Source: Takakia lepidozioides (lineage: Eukaryota; Plantae; Bryophyta). Taken from it: a stretch of 64,000 nucleotides of DNA. Position numbers and translations under genes: made by a program. Positions 36,134-49,300 of the stretch are shown here, piece by piece. The DNA is taken from the NCBI GenBank assembly GCA_030704615.1, contig CM060731.1:77438001-77502000 (forward strand), read 5' to 3'. A model generated the notes under the pieces. That model was not told where the DNA came from, searched no databases, and saw nothing but the letters and a program-made list of their open reading frames with translations. Numbering within the stretch: position 1 is the stretch's first letter; the number at the start of each line of letters is the position of its first letter.

Positions 36134-38260
36134 CTGTAACCCCCGCCCCGGGTTCAACCATCACCCCCATGTAACCCTCTGTAACTCCGCCGAGTGTAAC
36201 CCACATTACCATGTAACCCTTTGTAACCCATATAACCCCATGACCCTCTGTAACCCATGTAACCCTCTATAACACCGCAGAGTGTCACCCCCACCCCTAT
36301 GTAACCCTCACTACATGTAACCCTCTGTAACACTTTGCAACCCATGTAACCCTATGTAACCCTCTGTAACACCGCAGAGTGTCGCCCTCACCCCTTATGT
36401 AACCCTCACTCCATGTAACCCTCTGTAACCCATGTAACCCTCTGTGACCCTTTGTAACCCTCACCACCATGTAACCCTCTGTAACACCGCAGAGTGTCAC
36501 CCTCACCCGTATGTAACCCTCATTCCATGTAACCCTCTCTGACCCTCTGTAACCCTCACTCCATGTAACCCTCACTCCATGTAACCCTCTGTGACCTCTA
36601 TATCCCTCACCAGGTGTAACCCTTACCTCCATGTAACCCTCTGTAACACCGCAGAGTGTCACCCTCGCCACCATGTAACCCTCACTCCATGTAACCCTCA
36701 CAAACCCTCTGTGGCTCTGTAACCTATGTAACCCTCTGTAACACCGTAGAGTGTCGTCCTCACCCCTTATGTAACCCTCTGTAACCCATGTAACCCTCTG
36801 TGACCCTTTGTAACCCTCACCACCATGTAACCCTCTGTAACACCGCAGAGTGTCACCCTCACCCCTATGTAACCCTCACTCCATGTAACCCTCTCTGACC
36901 CTCTATAACCCTCACCACCATGTAACCCTCTGTAACCCATGTGACCCTCTATATCCCTCACCAGGTGTAACCCTTACCACCATGTAACCCTCTGTAACAC
37001 CGCAGAGTGTCACCCTCGTCACCATGTAACCCTCCGTAACCCTCACAAACCCTCTGTGACACCGCAGAGTGTCACCCTCATCCCCATGTAACCCTCACTC
37101 CATGTAACCCTCTGTGACCCTCCGTGGCTCTGTAACCCATGTAATCCTCTGTAACACCGTAGAGCGTCACCCTCACCCCTTATGTAACCCTCACTCCATG
37201 TAACCCTCTGTAACACATGTAACCCTCTGTGACCCTTTGTAACCCTCACCACCATGTAACCCTCTGTAACACCGCAGAGTGTCACCCTCACCCCTATGTA
37301 ATCCTCACTCCATGTAACCCTCTCTGACCCTCTGTAACTCTCTGTAACCCATGTAACCCTCTGTGACCCTCTATATCCCTCACTAGGTGTAACCCTTACC
37401 ACCATGTAACCCTCTGTAACACCGCAGAGTGTCACCCCCATCCCTATGCATCCCTCACTCCTTGTAACCCATGTAATCCTCTGTGACCCTGCGTAACCCG
37501 TGTAACCCTCTGTGACCCTGTGTAACCCATGTAACCCCATGTAACCCTCACTCCATGTAACCCTCTCTGACCCTCTATAACCCATGTAACCCTCTGTGAC
37601 CCTCTATAACCCTCACCAGGTGTAACCTTCACCACCATGTAACCCTCAGTAACCCTCTGTAACACCGTAGAGTGTCACCCTCACCCCTGTGTAACCTCAC
37701 TCCATGTAACCCTATGTGACCCTCTGTGACTCTCTGTAACCCTCACCAGGTGTAACCCTCACCACCATGTAACCCTCCGTAACCCGTTTATCCCTCTGTA
37801 ACACCGCTGAGTGTAACCCTCACTCCATGTAACCCTCCCATGTAACCTTATGTCACCCTCTGTAACCCATGTAACCCCATGACCCTCTGTAACCCATGTA
37901 ACCCCATGACCCTTTGTAACCCTTTGTAACCCATGTAACCCTCTGTTACTCCGCGAGGTGTAACCCTCACTCCATGTTATCCTGCATCGTGTAACCCCAA
38001 TGTAAGCTTGTATCATGTTATCCCATATACCCCTCTCCGTGTAACTCCAGTTCCTCGTAACCCCATCATCCCTGTAACCCTCTGCACGTCAGCGCTTTAG
38101 CTCCGCCTCGTGTAACCCTCATTGTGCAACTCTCACATTGTAACCCCACCATGTAACCCCGATACTGTATCAATCCCCCCCGTGTAACCCCCGATTGTGT
38201 CACTCATAGCTCGTGTCACCCCGGATCCTTTATCCCCAACGCATGTCACCCCTGTTCGTG
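36134..38260 (+). repeat. Left subterminal (GTAACCC)-core minisatellite
   Basis: Dense CCATGTAACCCTCT and GTAACACCGCAGAGTGTCACCC units. Confidence 0.95.
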
Positions 38261-38484
38261 TAGCCCCTTAGTGCCCGGCAAAAATTGGCGGGCTCCAAGA
38301 GGTGTCAGATATTTTGAATTCAAACCTGGGTTACACGATTCGGTGACATCAAAACCCACGTGTAACTCCATCATCGCTCGTCATTTTCACCAGGTGCGTA
38401 GACGACGTGCAGTCCCGAGGGCTCCGCTGCGTTGCCCGCGTGTATTATGCAATTTGTACTGTACTGGTGGTATTGTTGCTGCTA

Positions 38485-39995
38485 ATGGCATGTACTGCCG
38501 CGAAGGTGCTAGACGAGGAACGCAAAGCAGCATTGGAATCAAATGGTTTGAAAGATGAGGCGGGAGAACTCTGTCATTTGCAGCATTTGGTATCTCATTT
38601 GAAATGCATCCTACAGCTGCCCATAGACGGGCTTTTCAATCACACAAACCTCCGTTGGATACGCCAGGTTTCCCAGGGAAAAGGGAAACGGATATCCATC
38701 GAAGTAGCTGTCGTTCCATGGTCTCGCATTCTTGACTTTCTGGAGGGAGAAAGGAGTAGAGTGGATGGGAAGACCCAATTTTATGTTCAAGATCGAAGGT
38801 ACCGTGAGTTGCCAGATTTGACAACACCGCGTGCAAACAGTTATCGTCAGTGGCATAAGTAAGTCACTTATGAGGGTTGTATAACATTCCCAGCCCCACT
38901 TCTTTCTGCTAGTCTAGCAAAGTCGTATATGGCGATAACCCTCCTCGCTTTATATGCTTTTTTTGCAGGTACCACTGCTGCTACGGCCCGATAGATAGGC
39001 GCACGGACCCGCCGATTGTGAAGAAAAAAGAAAAACCGATAGCAGCCTCCGATAATCAAACAGCAGTCAAGCGAATCAGACGTAAGGCAGCGGATTTCGG
39101 AGAGTCATACAAACGTGGGTGTACGTGTAGCTTCAAAGTTGGCCAGTGTTTTCTAGATTCAGAGTTGGCAATCATCACATACTTCCAGAAACAGCATGTG
39201 GATGCAAAAGGAAAGCCATGTCATGGTTCAGCTGACCCCTCTTCCCATTTCTCGCGATTCGTGCATGCCCCTCGTCTCAGCCAAGATATGAAACAGTGGA
39301 TCGTCGATAGTCTTCGCAGTGGCCTATCTCCAGCTATGATTATGACACAACACACTCAACAACTCCAGGAAGCTTGTGCGTCTCAGCCAGGCATGGAGTG
39401 GAGTCGCGATTGTTTCTTGTTCGAGTACGACGTGAGAAACATTGCCGACAAGCTTGCGATTGAGAGTTACAAAAAACATCCAGATGATGCACAAAGTGTA
39501 CGTATGTGGGTCAATAGCAATCCTGAAAGCGTCTTCTTCTACCATGAAGAGACAGCGCCAGTGGCGGGTGATTTGAAGTTGTAATTGGAATACAAACGGA
39601 GTGGCAAAAACAGAAAATGATCGACTTGGGACACAACCGTGTGGTATCCTGCGATGCAACATTTGGGACCAACGAAAATAAGGTATTCGTGTCACGCTTT
39701 ACCTTTCATTGCATTCTGAAATGTGAGTGCCATGCAACTGTTGCCAATATTTTAACGCTCACCTTATTCATTTTTGTACCATTGCGACATTGCAGTTCCC
39801 AATGTATACCATGATGGTGTTCGACGAATGGCTCAACGGCATACCTGTTGCTTATATTATATCAGCGAGAAACAAAACGACTGACTTGAGCCCCTGGATG
39901 AAACGTCTTCGCGACCGACTTCTTCAGAGCAAACCAGATTGGAGGCCAAATGCTTTTGTTGTCGACGATGCAGACGCAGAAATCAATGCTATCAG
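38485..39995 (+). pseudogene. Truncated MuDR-type transposase (exons ~38485-38858, 38969-39682, 39796-39995)
   Basis: Motifs YHCCYGP, KRGCTCSF, SCDATFGTN and FVVDDADAEINAI. There is a frameshift at ~39580. The CxxH motif, catalytic E and SWIM region are missing. Confidence 0.85.
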
Positions 39996-40079
39996 GTACA
40001 CGGCTAGAAGTTACAATGTTCTGAGTCACACTACAAGTTGCATGCACGAGGGGTTTCATGGATCGGGCTACACTGCTGC

Positions 40080-41425
40080 TAGTTACACTGAGAATCACAG
40101 TAAGAGTTAAACTGCCAGTTACACGAGGGGGTGCATTGCTGCCTGTAACACTTGGAGTTACACTGTCAGTTGCTCGAGGGGTTACATGGATTGGGTTGCA
40201 GTGCTGTCTATTACACTGAGGGTTACACTATCAGTTAGACAGATGGTTATACTGCCTTGAGTTGGACGGAGGGTTACACTGCTGTGAGTTAGACCGAGGG
40301 TTATACTACTGTGAGTTAGACCGAGGGTTACACTGCTATGAGGTAGACAGAGGGTTACACTGCGAGTTACACAGGGAGTTACACGGCGTGTCATCCGCAG
40401 TCCTACATGGATTAGGTTGCACTGCTATAGCATGTGAGTTACACTGGGAGCATCGCAGAGGGTTGTATGGGTTGGGTCGCTCTGAGAGTTACACGGTGTA
40501 ACATGGATTGCGTTACAGCGCTGCGAGGGGTTATATGTGTTGGGTTACACTGCTGTGAGTTTCACTGATAGTTACATGACCAGATGCACGATGGGTTACA
40601 TGAGTCACACTACTAAGAGTGACACTTTGAAGAGTTACACTTCTACGAGTTACACCTGGTGAGGGATATAGAGGTCACAAAGGGTTACATGGAGTGAGGG
40701 TTACAGAGGGTCAGAGAGGGTTACATGGAATGAGGGTTACATACGGGTGAGGGTGACACTCTGCGGTGTTACAGAGGGTTACATGGTGGTGAGGGTTACA
40801 AAGGGTCACAGAGGGTTACATAAGGGGTGAGGACGACACTCTACGGTGTTACAGAGGGTTACATAGGTTACAGAGCCACAGAGGGTTTGTGAGGGTTACA
40901 TGGAGTGAGGGTTACATGGTGGCGAGGGTGACACTCTGCGGTGTTACAGAGGATTACATGGAGGTAAGGGTTACACCTGGTGAGGGATATAGAGGGTCAC
41001 AGAGGGTTACATGGAGTGAGGGTTACAGAGGGTCAAAGAGGGTTACATACGGGTGAGGGTAACACTCTGCGGTGTTACAGAGGGTTACATGGTGGTGAGG
41101 GTTACAAAGGGTCACAGAGGGTTACATGGGTTACAGAGGGTTACATGGAGTGAGGGTTACATAAGGGGTGAGGGCGACACTCTGCGGTGTTACAGAGGGT
41201 TACATAGGGTTACATGGGTTGCAAAGTGTTACAGAGGGTTACATGTAGTGAGGGTTACATAGGGGTGGGGGTGACACTCTGCGGTGTTATAGAGGGTTAC
41301 ATGGGTTACAGAGGGTCATGGGGTTATATGGGTTACAAAGGGTTACATGGTAATGTGGGTTACACTCGGCGGAGTTACAGAGGGTTACATGGGGGTGATG
41401 GTTGAACCCGGGGCGGGGGTTACAG
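40080..41425 (-). repeat. Right subterminal (GGGTTAC) minisatellite
   Basis: Reverse complement of the left array. Confidence 0.95.
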
Positions 41426-41651
41426 GGAACTGGCGGACTGCTGGAAGCGGCGGACTGGTGTCGCAGAACGAGGACGCAGGGGGCGACGACGCCGATGGGA
41501 TGAGGGCGGGGGTGGGGAGGGATTGACCGAGCCCAGCCGGCTGCCTTTCGATGTCTGCCGGAGGCGAAGAACTGGCGGTACGGGTGTCAGGGCTGGACCG
41601 TCCTGACGCGCTTGCATTAAGTTCTTACATTATTCCTATTATCTTCCAGCA

Positions 41652-41770
41652 GAAATGAAACGAAATGAAATGGTACTTTATAATGTCCGCGGAAAGTTCA
41701 AAGAGCTTATGGGACAAAATGGGAAAAAAAAACCTGAGAGGGGAAACAAGACCAGAGCCAAAAAATAAGC
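41652..41770 (-). mobile_element. LINE 3' tail fragment adjoining the MULE TSD
   Basis: The reverse complement matches 10955-11060. Confidence 0.8.
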
Positions 41771-43503
41771 AGAGAAAGACTCCAATTGCACACAGATTTG
41801 GAATGTCTGATGAGAGAAAAAAAATTCAATTACTATTTGATTAGTCAGTTAACAAGGTGTTGGAGCATGCACAGATCAACATGGATGAATCAAAGTTGTG
41901 TTGTCTTTTCAGTTTAGGGTTTGCTGTCACATTTTAGGTTTCACCTTGTTCATGTTATCTTCTAGGCTTCCTCACTCTCTCTCTATTTACAGTTTTACAG
42001 TTTTACAGTTGTATAAATTTACAGTTTTGTTTTATGGATCTTTAGTATATATCTTTTTAAGCATATAAAGACATCTAGATAAGTTTTTCAGTGAGTATTT
42101 CAGTATTACAGTTTTACAAATGCACAGTTTTATAGTTTTATGGATCTTTAGTATGTATCTTTTTAAACATATAAAGACATCTAGATAAGTTTCTCAGTGA
42201 ATATTTCAGAATTACATCAGTATTTCACTTAAAAAAGCATTTTTCAGCTCATTATAAACTTCATTTTTTCAGTTGTAATATTGTAAATTTATTTTCTTTC
42301 CATTTCAAATTACTTCTTTGTATTTCTATTATCTCAATTACATACTTAAAAGCTTTTATTTCATATTCACATTTGTTTTATATCATTCTGCTTTGGATGC
42401 CCAATCCATATATCTAATGTTCTCACCTGCACCACGGTTTTAATTTCATAGTTTTAAAATTTTAAAATATAACAATTGAATAAGACCAATATATTAGCTT
42501 GAAGTTCAATTTTTCACTTCATATCATATGATTTATTTCCAGGAAATAATTATATTCTAAATTCTCGAATCTAATAATTTTTCATTAATCTAATTAATAT
42601 TATACTTTTTATTTACGATTATTGTTGCGGTTAACAACAAAATTTCTTAATTCATTCTCTTCTTTACGTAAATCCTATATTTCTCATTTATTAATGTTTA
42701 CATACTTAACTACAACATAGTAAATTGCATCCAAAAAATATCTCACTATTTTAGTAATTCAGAGAATTGATAGATCAGTTAATAGTATCATACATTATAC
42801 TTAATTTTTGCTCTTATGGTACATGTTCATTTAGGTCCTTGTTCTATTTTGAAAAAGATCAAATATAAAATTTTATGAGAGGATTTGATTATTATTATAT
42901 TTTCAATTGCCAAAGTTGTCAATAAAAATAATACAATAAGCTGATTGATATCATATATTTTCACATAACAGATATTATAATCTGAAGATTGAATGATGCT
43001 TAGGTTTTTTCGATTTAAGTCTATTCTCTATTACAGGGAATTTATTTTGTAATTTGTTTTTTATCTACAAATAAAATAAAGTTTTTCCAGGGTCTCTGAT
43101 CTCTGCCCTTGTTATACATATATATTTAGTTTCAATATAAAATTGTAAATAAATATTCTACTTGAAAGTGTCATTACATTAGCAAACTTGAGTTGTAAGC
43201 CCAAAACGGTTTTTATATATTAGATGAAGGGGATGACAAAATATTCAATGGCTTTGTAAATAAAAATATGTAGATCATGATATAGAAACTCATGACTAGT
43301 TTCTTCGATAATTTGTTCGCTATCAGGTTTTACTTGTGTACTCTTTATTTTCATCTTCTGTGTGCATAATGTATTGATTGAATTTCACAAATTGATCATG
43401 CAACATTGACGTACATAAACTCAATTATATATTTCAAACTGAAAATATTGCAAATATATGATGAGTGTCTTTGTTGTTAGAACACAAAGTTGATTGTTAC
43501 ATA

Positions 43504-43655
43504 AACAACCAACATGTAGCCCAATGGTAAGGGCATATACCCTCTTGCAAGCGGTTGTGGGTTCAAACCACCATGTTGGTTGTTACAAAGGTGTCCACCT
43601 TCCTATCAGAAGGTAGTAGCATTTCTGGGTCAAGTGACACCATAAGTTATGCTTG
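43504..43655 (+). mobile_element. tRNA-derived SINE, copy 2, with Pol III A and B boxes
   Basis: A box TAGCCCAATGG and B box GGTTCAAACC. Acceptor, D and T stems pair, but the anticodon arm does not. The body is shared with the 12.4-kb copy. Confidence 0.7.
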
Positions 43656-43689
43656 CTTCGTCAACGTGTCCACATTTTTTCTTCTTCTT

Positions 43690-44525
43690 TGATTGTTACA
43701 TAGTTCCAAGTTCAAATCCAACATGCATGATTTGTATGAGTTCCCTTGCCCTTATAATATCTCACTCTTTCACACACACTAATATACACATTTCAAGACA
43801 TTATTGGATGGTCATCAAAGATATCATTATATACCATGTCAATTTCCTCTACTCGCGCCCTCATATTGAAATGCTATTGAACAACAAATGTACGAATATC
43901 TTTAAAGTATTGTATTTCTTTGTAACCTTTCATATCTCCCATTGTTAATATAAGTATCATTTTGAATATATCATTGCCAATATATTAGACTAAACTTAAG
44001 ATCAAAAATGAAAGAAACATCTTTTTTCATTGTTGTGTATATAACTAAATCAATTGTCGTGCATTGTTTTAAGTTCAAACCCAACATATATGACCCAATA
44101 TGACTTCCCTTCCCATAATTATATCTTACTCTTCAATACATACTAATAGAACAACTTTTAAGACATTCAGTCATATGATTTGGATGGTTATCAAGGATAT
44201 CATTATATACCATGAAAAGTTCATCTACTCTCTCACTCACATTGAAATGAGGTTAAAATGCTATTGAGCAACAAATGTATGAATATCTTTGAAATATGAT
44301 GTTTTTTTGTAACCTTTCATATTTCACATTGTTAATAGTGTCAAATCAAATCTATCACATTGATAATAGTGTCATTTCAAATCTGTCACATTGTCAACAA
44401 ATGAAACTAAACTTGAAGATTGTCCAAAATGGTACAAATTTTATTTGCCATTGTAATGTATATATTACAAAATAGATGTCACATAGTTTTGAGTTTAAAC
44501 CCAACATGTATGATTTGGTATGATA
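43690..44525. repeat. Degenerate ~360-420-bp tandem repeat, about 2.2 copies
   Basis: AGTTCAAA.CCAACAT..ATGA recurs at ~43709, 44071 and 44491, with internal blocks repeated. Confidence 0.7.
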
Positions 44526-44594
44526 ATATAATAACCCCTTGCATTAACTATTGGTAAGAATGAGAGCACACCCTTACAGATATAACATACATTT

Positions 44595-45712
44595 TGCACT
44601 TTGCACGAGCAACTAACACCTATATATATACGTCCTACGAAAATATCATAAGCGTCAAGAGTCATTGCACTCCTAAACTTTCAAAACACCATTCGTATGA
44701 TTTTGGTTGGAGTTGAAACTTTACATCAGCAATTAATACCTACAGTCATAGGTCCTGCAAAAATATCATGAACAACAAAAATCATTACACCAGTGAACTT
44801 ACAAAACACCATCCGCATGATTTTAGTTGGATTTAAAACTTTATATGAGGAAATATTACCTACATTCATAGGTCTTGCAAAACTTTCATGAACAACAAAA
44901 ACCATTACACCAATGAACTTACAAAACAACATCCGCATGATTTTAGTTGGTTTTGAAACTTTACATGAACAAGTAACACTACATTCATATGTCATGCAAA
45001 GATTTTATGAACAACAAAAATCATTACACTAGTGAACTTACAAAACAACATCCGTATTATTTTATTTGGATTTGAAACTTTACATGAGCAACTAACATCT
45101 ACATTTATAGGTCATACAAAACTTTCATGAACAACAAAAATCATTATGTACCATGAACTTACAAAACACCATCCGTATGATTTTAGTTGGATTTGAAACT
45201 TTACATGAGCAACTAACACCTACATTCATAAGTCATGCAAGAATCTCATGAACAACAAAAATATTACAACAGTAAACTTACAAAACACCGTCCGTAGGAC
45301 TTTAGTTGGATTTGAATTTTTTTATGAACAACTACCACCTACATTCGTATGTCCTGCAAAAATTTAATGAATAAAAAACGTCATTATGCGGATAAACCTA
45401 CAAAATATCATCCGTGTGATTTTAATTCAATGTGAAACTTTACATGAGCAACTAACACTTACATTCATATGTCCTACAAAAATTTCATGAACAACAAAAG
45501 TCATTATACGGGTGAACTTATAAAATACCATCAGTGTGATTTCAATTCGATGTGAAACTTTACATGAGCAACTAACACCTACATTCGTATGTTCTGCAAA
45601 AATGTGATGAACAACAAAAGTCATTACGCGGGTGAACTTATAAAATACGATATTTGTGATTTCACTTCGATGTGAAACTTTACATGAGCAACTAACACCT
45701 ACATTCATATTT
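44595..45712. repeat. 120-bp satellite array, about 9 copies
   Basis: GAAACTTTACATGAGCAACTAACACCTACATTCATA recurs every 119-121 bp. Confidence 0.92.
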
Positions 45713-46346
45713 TGAGGAGGCATTGTGATAGCAAGCAGGATAAGACAAACACTAAATTCAAGCTCTCAAACCTAATAAAATACAACACTTGCACATACAT
45801 GACCTAAACTTTGATCCTCTTATAATCTCTTGCTACACTAGTGTAGAACAGATAAATCATGGGAAAGAGGGCATGCAAATAACTTCCCTGTACTCAGCAT
45901 TGAATTAAATGGTATGGGGCAGCGCTTCCACTCCACCTCCATAACCAGCCTAAATCGCAGCCCAGATCGCAACATCCACTCGATGTTCACAACCACCCCA
46001 GATCGCAGCCCATCCACTCGACCTCTGTAACCACACCAGATCGTAGCCATATCGTAGCCCAAAAAACCCTCCATAACATAACTACTTGCATCCGTAACCC
46101 TAAACAGATCGCAGCCTAGGAAGATTCTCCATAACAACTACATACGCCCGTAACCTGTAAAGACTGGCGAAAATTTGTTATGCAAGCTGGAATGGAGGTG
46201 GCGAGAGGGACCCCTGAAGGTTGAGAGCTTGGCGAAACGAAGGGCTATGATGCGGCCGCCTAGGCGATAATCAATGGCCATGATGTGGCCCCTTGACATA
46301 GAACATGGACCCACGTATGATTAGGGTGGCGAATTGGTGGGCCCAT

Positions 46347-49300
46347 TGTCGTGCACCTCACTTCGGTAAGCTCCCCCTCAAATCATAGTTATTCGCTTTG
46401 ATGCGCGCGCCTAACTCCCAACCTAGCCGCCGGGCCAACTTGGAGTTTCGGTTGCTCACCGGGGCATAACGGTCCCCCTTTGCTCTCCCAAAGAACCCTC
46501 CACCGATTTGGAACCAGCGGGAATTCCCTTTGGTAGTTGGCAGTCCGGAACAGCTCCCCACTCCTTGGTCGCTTTCCGGCTCGCTCGCTTACTCACTAGT
46601 TTTTGGTCACCAACGGGCTTGCACCGTTCTCGGGGTTACTACTCCCTATATATACTTCTGTAGCTGTCCGCGGAGGTTTCACAACCAGCCATGCCATTTT
46701 ATGGCGAACCACCACGAAAACCCTCGACTCCCGGTGATGAGTCGCGGTGAGTCTTGGCCCACTCACCACGGCCCCTATGGACCGTGATGAGTCCCAAGAC
46801 TCCCCACGACTCCCACCACGAGGTCTCCGCCCCATGGTGAGTCCTATGCCACCCCCACTAAGTCCCGCTAAGCTACCACCACCCCTTGTGGAGCCACCCC
46901 CACCGCAACCCGGTGTGCGGGGCTCCACCTAGTGAGCGCCTCCGCCTCCTTGAGTGCCTTGGGCACTCAAGGGTGCTTCAGCTCCCCATACCTGTCGCTG
47001 CCGCTGCCCCCACCACAGGGGCAGCCCCTCATGTGTCCCGACCCCCTGCCCTTAAGGCAATGGGCCGCGGCACACACCCCTACCAACAGGGAGTCGATGT
47101 CCTCATCGACTTGTCCATTTTGTAGAAACAAACATCCAAGTTGTGGCGTCCCACATCAAGGAGTTTGTTTCCGTACCATGGCGTCCCATGGCAAAGAACC
47201 AAACCCCACACTTGACTCTACTCTCCACTAGCTAGTTCGGCCGATTTCCTCCAAGTCCCGGCCAGGGGTGGAGCCTCTCAAGCTCCTCCCAGTGCACTCT
47301 TCTTGGCCTACTTCAAGGCCAAGGAACGATCATCCCCGAGGATCGCATCGCCTTACTGCAACAATATTGCTTGCGACCGCTCATGATGCCGCTTTTGGCA
47401 TCACCTTGAGCAAGGATTCCCTAGAACCCTCTTTGACTAGGAAGATAACCTTGAACCAACCGTGCGCCCCAATCACTACAATTGGGTCCGCCTTGGAATG
47501 CTGGCCTGAGGTACGGGAACACGCCGGAGCCGCACTACGACTTCGTTCCGAGGCTACACGATTATAGTACGTGAACGGAATCATATAGCTTCCGCGTTAG
47601 CCCGCACTACAAGGCAACCACCTCGGTAGCGCAGTTATAGTACGCGCATGCGCCAGGTGCGCACTAGCACGTTACCTCCAAAGAAGCACTTTTTCTTTGT
47701 CCCTTGGATGGGAGTCACCCCGATTTCGGCACTGCGCAACACCCGATTAACCCAATTTACCTCCTCCCCCACTTTTGGTAAGCTAGTATGGCATTCTACA
47801 CACACTAGCCAACCATACCATGCCACACACCATCCAAACAAAATAGGACGCACAACATTTGGAAGCCATTTCATTTATAGCACGTTTTGTACAATACAAG
47901 TTTTTGCAATCGGATTCCTAAGCTAGCTAAGTCGGGCTAAGCATGTTTCCTTTCCTCCCCCACGCTCCAAGGTTGATGTCCCATCAACGCTTCTTCCGCT
48001 TTTGAGGTCGCCCTTCGAAAGCTGCAACTTCCTCGGATGCGTTTCCCATTTTGAGGCACACACCCAAGATGCCTCCACATGATGATAGCCCTTCCATTTT
48101 TGACGAGATACTCCGTTTCTCGGTTCCTGAACCTCCTCGACTTAAGTATTGCCTCCACCTCGTACTCAGGTTCATTTTCATGATCCAACAGCATAGGTGG
48201 CGGACGCAACACTTGATGCCGATTCGGACGCGCTTCATCTTTGAAGTAAGGCTTCAAAAAGGGATACATGGAATACTGGGTGCACCTTACTGTTTGCCGG
48301 CAGCTCCAATTCATACACATCCTCATTCATAACCTTCCGAATGCGAAAGGGTCCCGCATACGGAGGTACGAACTTCGGACTCACTTCCGGAGGTAGTCGG
48401 AAATTCTTGATGTTCAACCAGACCTCTGTACCTGCCTCAAACTTCACTTCCCTCCGCTTCTGATTCGCCTGCCTTTCATACCGTTTCCTAGCTTTGGCAA
48501 TGTTGTACTTTGCGAGCTTCAACAAACGCTCGCGTTCTTCCAGTACCACCGCTACTGCCGGTTCCTCAACGTCCTGGGGCGCCCAACTTGTCGGCACCAG
48601 AGGTGCTTTTCCATAGACCAATACGAAAGGGGAAACTCCCGTTGCGGAGTGTTCTGTGTTATTATAACATAACTCTACCGCGTCTAAGTGTTCCACCCAG
48701 TCTGATTGGTCTGCCGACACGTAATTCCGCAAGATCTGCTTCACTATGGAATTTACTCTTTCCGTTTGGCCGTCGGTCGTAGGTCGGAAGGCGGTGCTCA
48801 TCTTCAAGCCTCGTCCCCATCTTTTTTCCAAAGTGTCCTCCAAAATTTACTCGTAAACTTTGGATCGCGGTCCGAGACAATATCCTTCGGGACTCCATGA
48901 TGCTTTAAGACGTTGGCAAAATAAAGTTGCCATGTCTCATGCGCCGTTGCCGTCTCCTTGGTGGGGATGAAATGGCCCATTTTACTGAACCTATCCCACC
49001 ACCACCATGATTGCATCGAATCCTTTTGACAGCGGCATAGCATCAAATCCATCGAGACGCTTTCCCAAGTCCCTTCTGGAATCGGCAAGGGTTGTAATAG
49101 CCCCGCTTGCTTTTTGTACTCACTCCGGTTTTGTTGGCATGTGGTGCATGTCTTGACATACTCCTCTGCCCTCCTCCTCAGTTTGGGCCAAAATACTCTT
49201 TCTTCAGGAGTGCCGCAGTGCGTTTGGCTCCGCCGTGGCCCGCAAGCGGCTATCATCATGGCTCTCTCAAGAGGCTATCTCTGATCCCTCCCTTCGGCAC

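Larger units (their letters stand above)
35895..41647 (+). mobile_element. Foldback-type Mutator-like element (MULE) with long TIRs, tandem subterminal arrays and a 9-bp TSD
   Basis: Termini GGAAGATAATAGGAATAATG.. and ..CATTATTCCTATTATCTTCC. TSD AGCAGAAAT at 35886-35894 and 41648-41656. Contains an internal MULE transposase. Confidence 0.95.

Noticed and set aside
36134-38260. True or interstitial telomere, and the repetitive ORFs read across it
   Set aside because: The arrays lie inside TIRs with a TSD. The ORFs are artefacts of a low-complexity repeat.
43510-43579. Functional tRNA gene
   Set aside because: The anticodon stem does not pair, and the downstream body is shared with a dispersed copy.
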